Below are positions 60,897 to 64,000 of a stretch of DNA of 64,000 nucleotides, one piece after another (position 1 is the first letter of the stretch; each line of letters starts with the position of its first letter). The notes under the pieces are model-generated. The model did no database searches. It saw only the letters and a list, made by a program, of their open reading frames with translations, and was not told where the DNA came from. The position numbers and the translations under genes were made by a program. Source of the stretch: a virus; the IMG/VR virus record IMGVR_UViG_3300033146_000850, positions 1 to 64,000 of that record, one strand, 5' to 3'.

Positions 60897-62585
60897 TTAT
60901 TTAGAACGAACATATTGCTTGAACTCATTTTTCCATAAATTATGTTTAGATTTAAACAGTCGTTTTAAATTGCCATCTAATAAAAATGTATCACACCAAT
61001 CATCTTCATTTCTCACCGCACGTCCAACACCTTGTATCAATTTATACACGGTTGTTTTTTCATATATTTCAGGGTAATTATTTATGATATACTTATTTCT
61101 AGTATCCCCTAATGATGGGTATGGTGCTTTGAAAAATATAATATATCTAGCAAGGTCATCGTCTAGGGATACCCCCTCAAATATACTAGGACTAATTAAT
61201 ACACTGGGATTTTTATATTTTTGAAATTCTTGTAAAACATTATTTAATCCTTTTCTTTTTTGTTGTGCAAATATTTTGACTCCAATATTATTCACAGAAA
61301 TATAATCATTAAGATGTTTCTCCACAAATTCCAATTGAGCAAAACTGGTGACTAATATCAACCCTTTACAATCATTATATTCATCGACAATATCATTAAC
61401 AACATCACCTATATCATTCATAAAATCTGTATTTTGCATTTTAGTATAATTAAAACCCTCTAAACTACAATCTATTATTTTTTTATTATCAGGGTCAAAA
61501 ATACTCCCACCATTAACAAACCCAATAGATTCCAAATTTAATGTTTCGTGAATTAATTCCTCATCTATAGTTGCTGACATAAATAAATTATATTCAGAAT
61601 TATTAACCCTATCAAATAAATCATGCATAAAAATTGGAGATATTGTAATTGAATCATATTTAAAATCAATAACGTGTTCATATCCAAGTTCAAAAAAATC
61701 ATCAATCTTTTGTTTTAAATTTTTAAATTTTTTATATATTTTACTACATCTTTTAAATTCTGGAAAATTTTCATCTGCACGCTCAATATCAGCTTTATTC
61801 ATCATATCACTGCTAATAATACCATATATCTCACATAAATCTTCAAGATAATCCATATAATTATCATTATCTATTTCTTTATTTTTTATTTTTTCAATAA
61901 TTGGGGGAAATTTATCAGCAACGGTTAATTGTTCAGATTTACATTCGTCATAATATTTATTCAATAGTTTAACATTAATCTCAATCTTTAAAAAATTAAC
62001 ATATATATCATTTTTACCGTGAGCTTCATCCCATATAGTAATCAATCTCTCGTTTAAATGATTAGAATATAAATTAGATGTATATATATAAGCATAGTTA
62101 CTTATAACGTGATTAGATGTGTTTATTAATTTTTTCATATTATAATATTTACAACTAGGACAATATTTCTTCATTTTGTCAGTGAGGTCACCTTTAATAT
62201 TAACACATTCCTCTGCTGTTGCACTATACGATTTAGATGATAATAATTTACATTCATAATTAACAGCCCCATTTACTTTTAACATATTAAATTTGTCAGA
62301 ATATGAATCTTCATATTGTTGTAATAGAGTATTTGTATGAGCAACTATAAATGAAGTTTTTCTATTGTTTTTTGTATTTTCATTTGTTAGATTATATAGT
62401 AATTCTGATGTTAATATTGCAATTAAACTTTTACCAATACCTGTAGATGCAGACAAAACAACATTCTTCTTTTTCTCATCAATAAAAAGTGTTAATATAT
62501 CATTAATAATATCCACCTGTCTTTCTCTAGGTGTTAAATTATAATAATCAAAAATATCCTCAATGTTTTGTCTGTAATCACTCAT
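60897..62585 (-). CDS. DinG/Rad3-family helicase
   Basis: ASTGIGKS, LLQQY, Cys cluster, DEAH, MSAT, EGVSLDDD, K.PYP, QGVGRAVR..DD, LLD. Confidence 0.9.
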   Translation of the reverse strand: MSDYRQNIEDIFDYYNLTPRERQVDIINDILTLFIDEKKKNVVLSASTGIGKSLIAILTSELLYNLTNENTKNNRKTSFIVAHTNTLLQQYEDSYSDKFNMLKVNGAVNYECKLLSSKSYSATAEECVNIKGDLTDKMKKYCPSCKYYNMKKLINTSNHVISNYAYIYTSNLYSNHLNERLITIWDEAHGKNDIYVNFLKIEINVKLLNKYYDECKSEQLTVADKFPPIIEKIKNKEIDNDNYMDYLEDLCEIYGIISSDMMNKADIERADENFPEFKRCSKIYKKFKNLKQKIDDFFELGYEHVIDFKYDSITISPIFMHDLFDRVNNSEYNLFMSATIDEELIHETLNLESIGFVNGGSIFDPDNKKIIDCSLEGFNYTKMQNTDFMNDIGDVVNDIVDEYNDCKGLILVTSFAQLEFVEKHLNDYISVNNIGVKIFAQQKRKGLNNVLQEFQKYKNPSVLISPSIFEGVSLDDDLARYIIFFKAPYPSLGDTRNKYIINNYPEIYEKTTVYKLIQGVGRAVRNEDDWCDTFLLDGNLKRLFKSKHNLWKNEFKQYVRSK

Positions 62586-62644
62586 TTATTCCTCCAATAA
62601 ATCCAACAACATAATAATTATATCATAATAATTATAACATAGTA

Positions 62645-62673
62645 ATTATATCACAATATAATATCAAAGTCAA
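62645..62673 (-). promoter_or_regulatory. sigma70-type promoter for the DinG-like gene
   Basis: TTGACT-17 nt-TATAAT with TG extension on the minus strand. Confidence 0.7.
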
Positions 62674-62720
62674 ATAAATAAATAAATAAACATATGTATT
62701 ATATAATAGGAGAAATAATT

Positions 62721-63581
62721 ATGAAAAAACAACACATTAAAGAGACTTTACTTTCAGATTTGGAAAAGGCTATGGAAGAACCCAAAAAAAATATTCCAGC
62801 TGATGATGTTGAAGAGCTTACAATTAAGCCTGGTTCAAATACTGATTATGATTTATATGTAAAAAAACTTATGGATGATGAATATTGCTTCAAAAAAGAT
62901 AATATATCTAATTTGAAACAAGGTAATAGACGTGATGCAATTAAAGAGCTTGGAGATGATATATCTAATGAGCAATCACCTGGAAACCCCAATGTAAATC
63001 GAATGTATCGGTTTAGAAATAATGATAATACACCTACAAAAATCGATATTAAAAACAATATATTACAAGGTGATGAGATTAGCAATAATCCTGTTGAATT
63101 ACAAGCTGGCAAGTATCGTTTTAAAAATAATGATATGTCAGGTAATTGGAATGTTGGTGATGAGATTACTATTCCACAAAGATTATCATTTAAAAAAAAT
63201 ATACTTGGTAAATTAGTTTTTGAAATAGATGTTAATGATACAAAAGCATATATAACTAAAGATTTCTTAGAGAAAATAGAAAATATAACAGAAGACGAAG
63301 GTGGTGGAGGAGATGTTGGTGGTGGTGAATCAACTGATGGTGGAATAATGACCTCAACAAATAATATTTCAACATATGCAACACCTTTTACTAAAAATTC
63401 AGTTCAAAAAAGAAAAAATCCTAATATGTTTTTAACAGATGACGAAGAAGTTGTTGAAGAAGATGGTAGTGATTTTTCCTGGACTTGGAGCAAAGTTAAA
63501 AATCCACAGACAAAACATGAACAACCCGCTATTGATGATGATTTAATAAAAAAATTAAAAATTCATACACATAACAGTTAA
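62721..63581 (+). CDS. Hypothetical late protein (possibly head-associated)
   Basis: AGGAG RBS; AATAAATA run upstream; acidic, Gly-rich ITEDEGGGG segment. Confidence 0.6.
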   Translation: MKKQHIKETLLSDLEKAMEEPKKNIPADDVEELTIKPGSNTDYDLYVKKLMDDEYCFKKDNISNLKQGNRRDAIKELGDDISNEQSPGNPNVNRMYRFRNNDNTPTKIDIKNNILQGDEISNNPVELQAGKYRFKNNDMSGNWNVGDEITIPQRLSFKKNILGKLVFEIDVNDTKAYITKDFLEKIENITEDEGGGGDVGGGESTDGGIMTSTNNISTYATPFTKNSVQKRKNPNMFLTDDEEVVEEDGSDFSWTWSKVKNPQTKHEQPAIDDDLIKKLKIHTHNS

Positions 63582-63655
63582 AACAATAGAAATCAAGTTA
63601 TATTAATATTTAAATCATAAATATTAATATAAATTGAACCTAAAGAGGGATTAAA

Positions 63656-64000
63656 ATGTCAAATATAAATTTAATTGCAACAAATTTTGAAGATATTAAA
63701 AAGACAATTATAAATAAATATAAAAATGACCCAGATAGTCCATTTTTAGACTATGATTTTCAAGGTAGTGCTTTAAATTATCTAATAGATATACTATCTT
63801 ATGCTACAATGTATAATAACTATTATAGTTCAGTTGCTATTAATGAATTATATTTACCATATGCTCAAAAAAATAAAAACATATACGCACTTGCAAACTC
63901 TTTGGGTTATTTACCTAGAAGACCATCAAGTTCAATCGCATATATTAGACCAGAATTACCAGAAATATATAATCCTGATTTAACTAAAGATATTGTTATA
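63656..64000 (+). CDS. 6: T4 gp6-like baseplate wedge protein (5' part; runs off window)
   Basis: NFEDIK, FLDYDFQGSALNYLIDILSY, NELYL..AQ, A.SLGY.P; CATAAATA at 63616. Confidence 0.9.
   Translation, partial: MSNINLIATNFEDIKKTIINKYKNDPDSPFLDYDFQGSALNYLIDILSYATMYNNYYSSVAINELYLPYAQKNKNIYALANSLGYLPRRPSSSIAYIRPELPEIYNPDLTKDIVI

Noticed and set aside
63801-63983. 60-aa ORF in the track
   Set aside because: Out-of-frame overlap with the gp6-like gene starting at 63656.
1-64000. Stop-codon reassignment
   Set aside because: Conserved genes are full length in the standard code and end in TAA, TAG or TGA.
1-64000. tRNA/rRNA genes, integrase, invertase or transposase
   Set aside because: None recognised by eye. 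A shufflon reading of the arrays lacks a recombinase and inverted partner sites.

Overview
AT-rich 64-kb segment of a large T4-like (probably jumbo) myovirus genome read in the standard code; TAA, TAG and TGA all act as stops. From left to right it contains: a 1.36-kb non-coding repeat and hairpin region (origin-like); gp32-uvsY-uvsW(intein)-gp61; tail-tube and baseplate-hub genes (gp54-like, gp26, gp51-like); a ~34-kb block of modular, mutually paralogous virion/fibre genes under T4-type late promoters; radical SAM, PIN-PhoH and HAD genes; a proteostasis cluster (GroEL, two Hsp20-like, ClpX); Nudix and GGCT-like genes; gp44-gp62-regA; RuvC-like, sigma-like, repeat lipoprotein, RNase H, GHKL ATPase and DinG genes; and the 5' part of baseplate wedge gp6. 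The most interesting signals are as follows. (1) There are two unrelated triple-hairpin arrays (3x32 nt and 3x30 nt, the latter with compensatory stem changes). Each starts just after a late promoter and directly downstream of one of two paralogous genes, making them candidate late structured RNAs. (2) A T-TTT-TTT slippery site would fuse gp26 to a start-less gp51-like ORF by -1 frameshift. (3) The origin-like repeat region is highly structured. All family calls come from motif recognition by eye; no searches were run.
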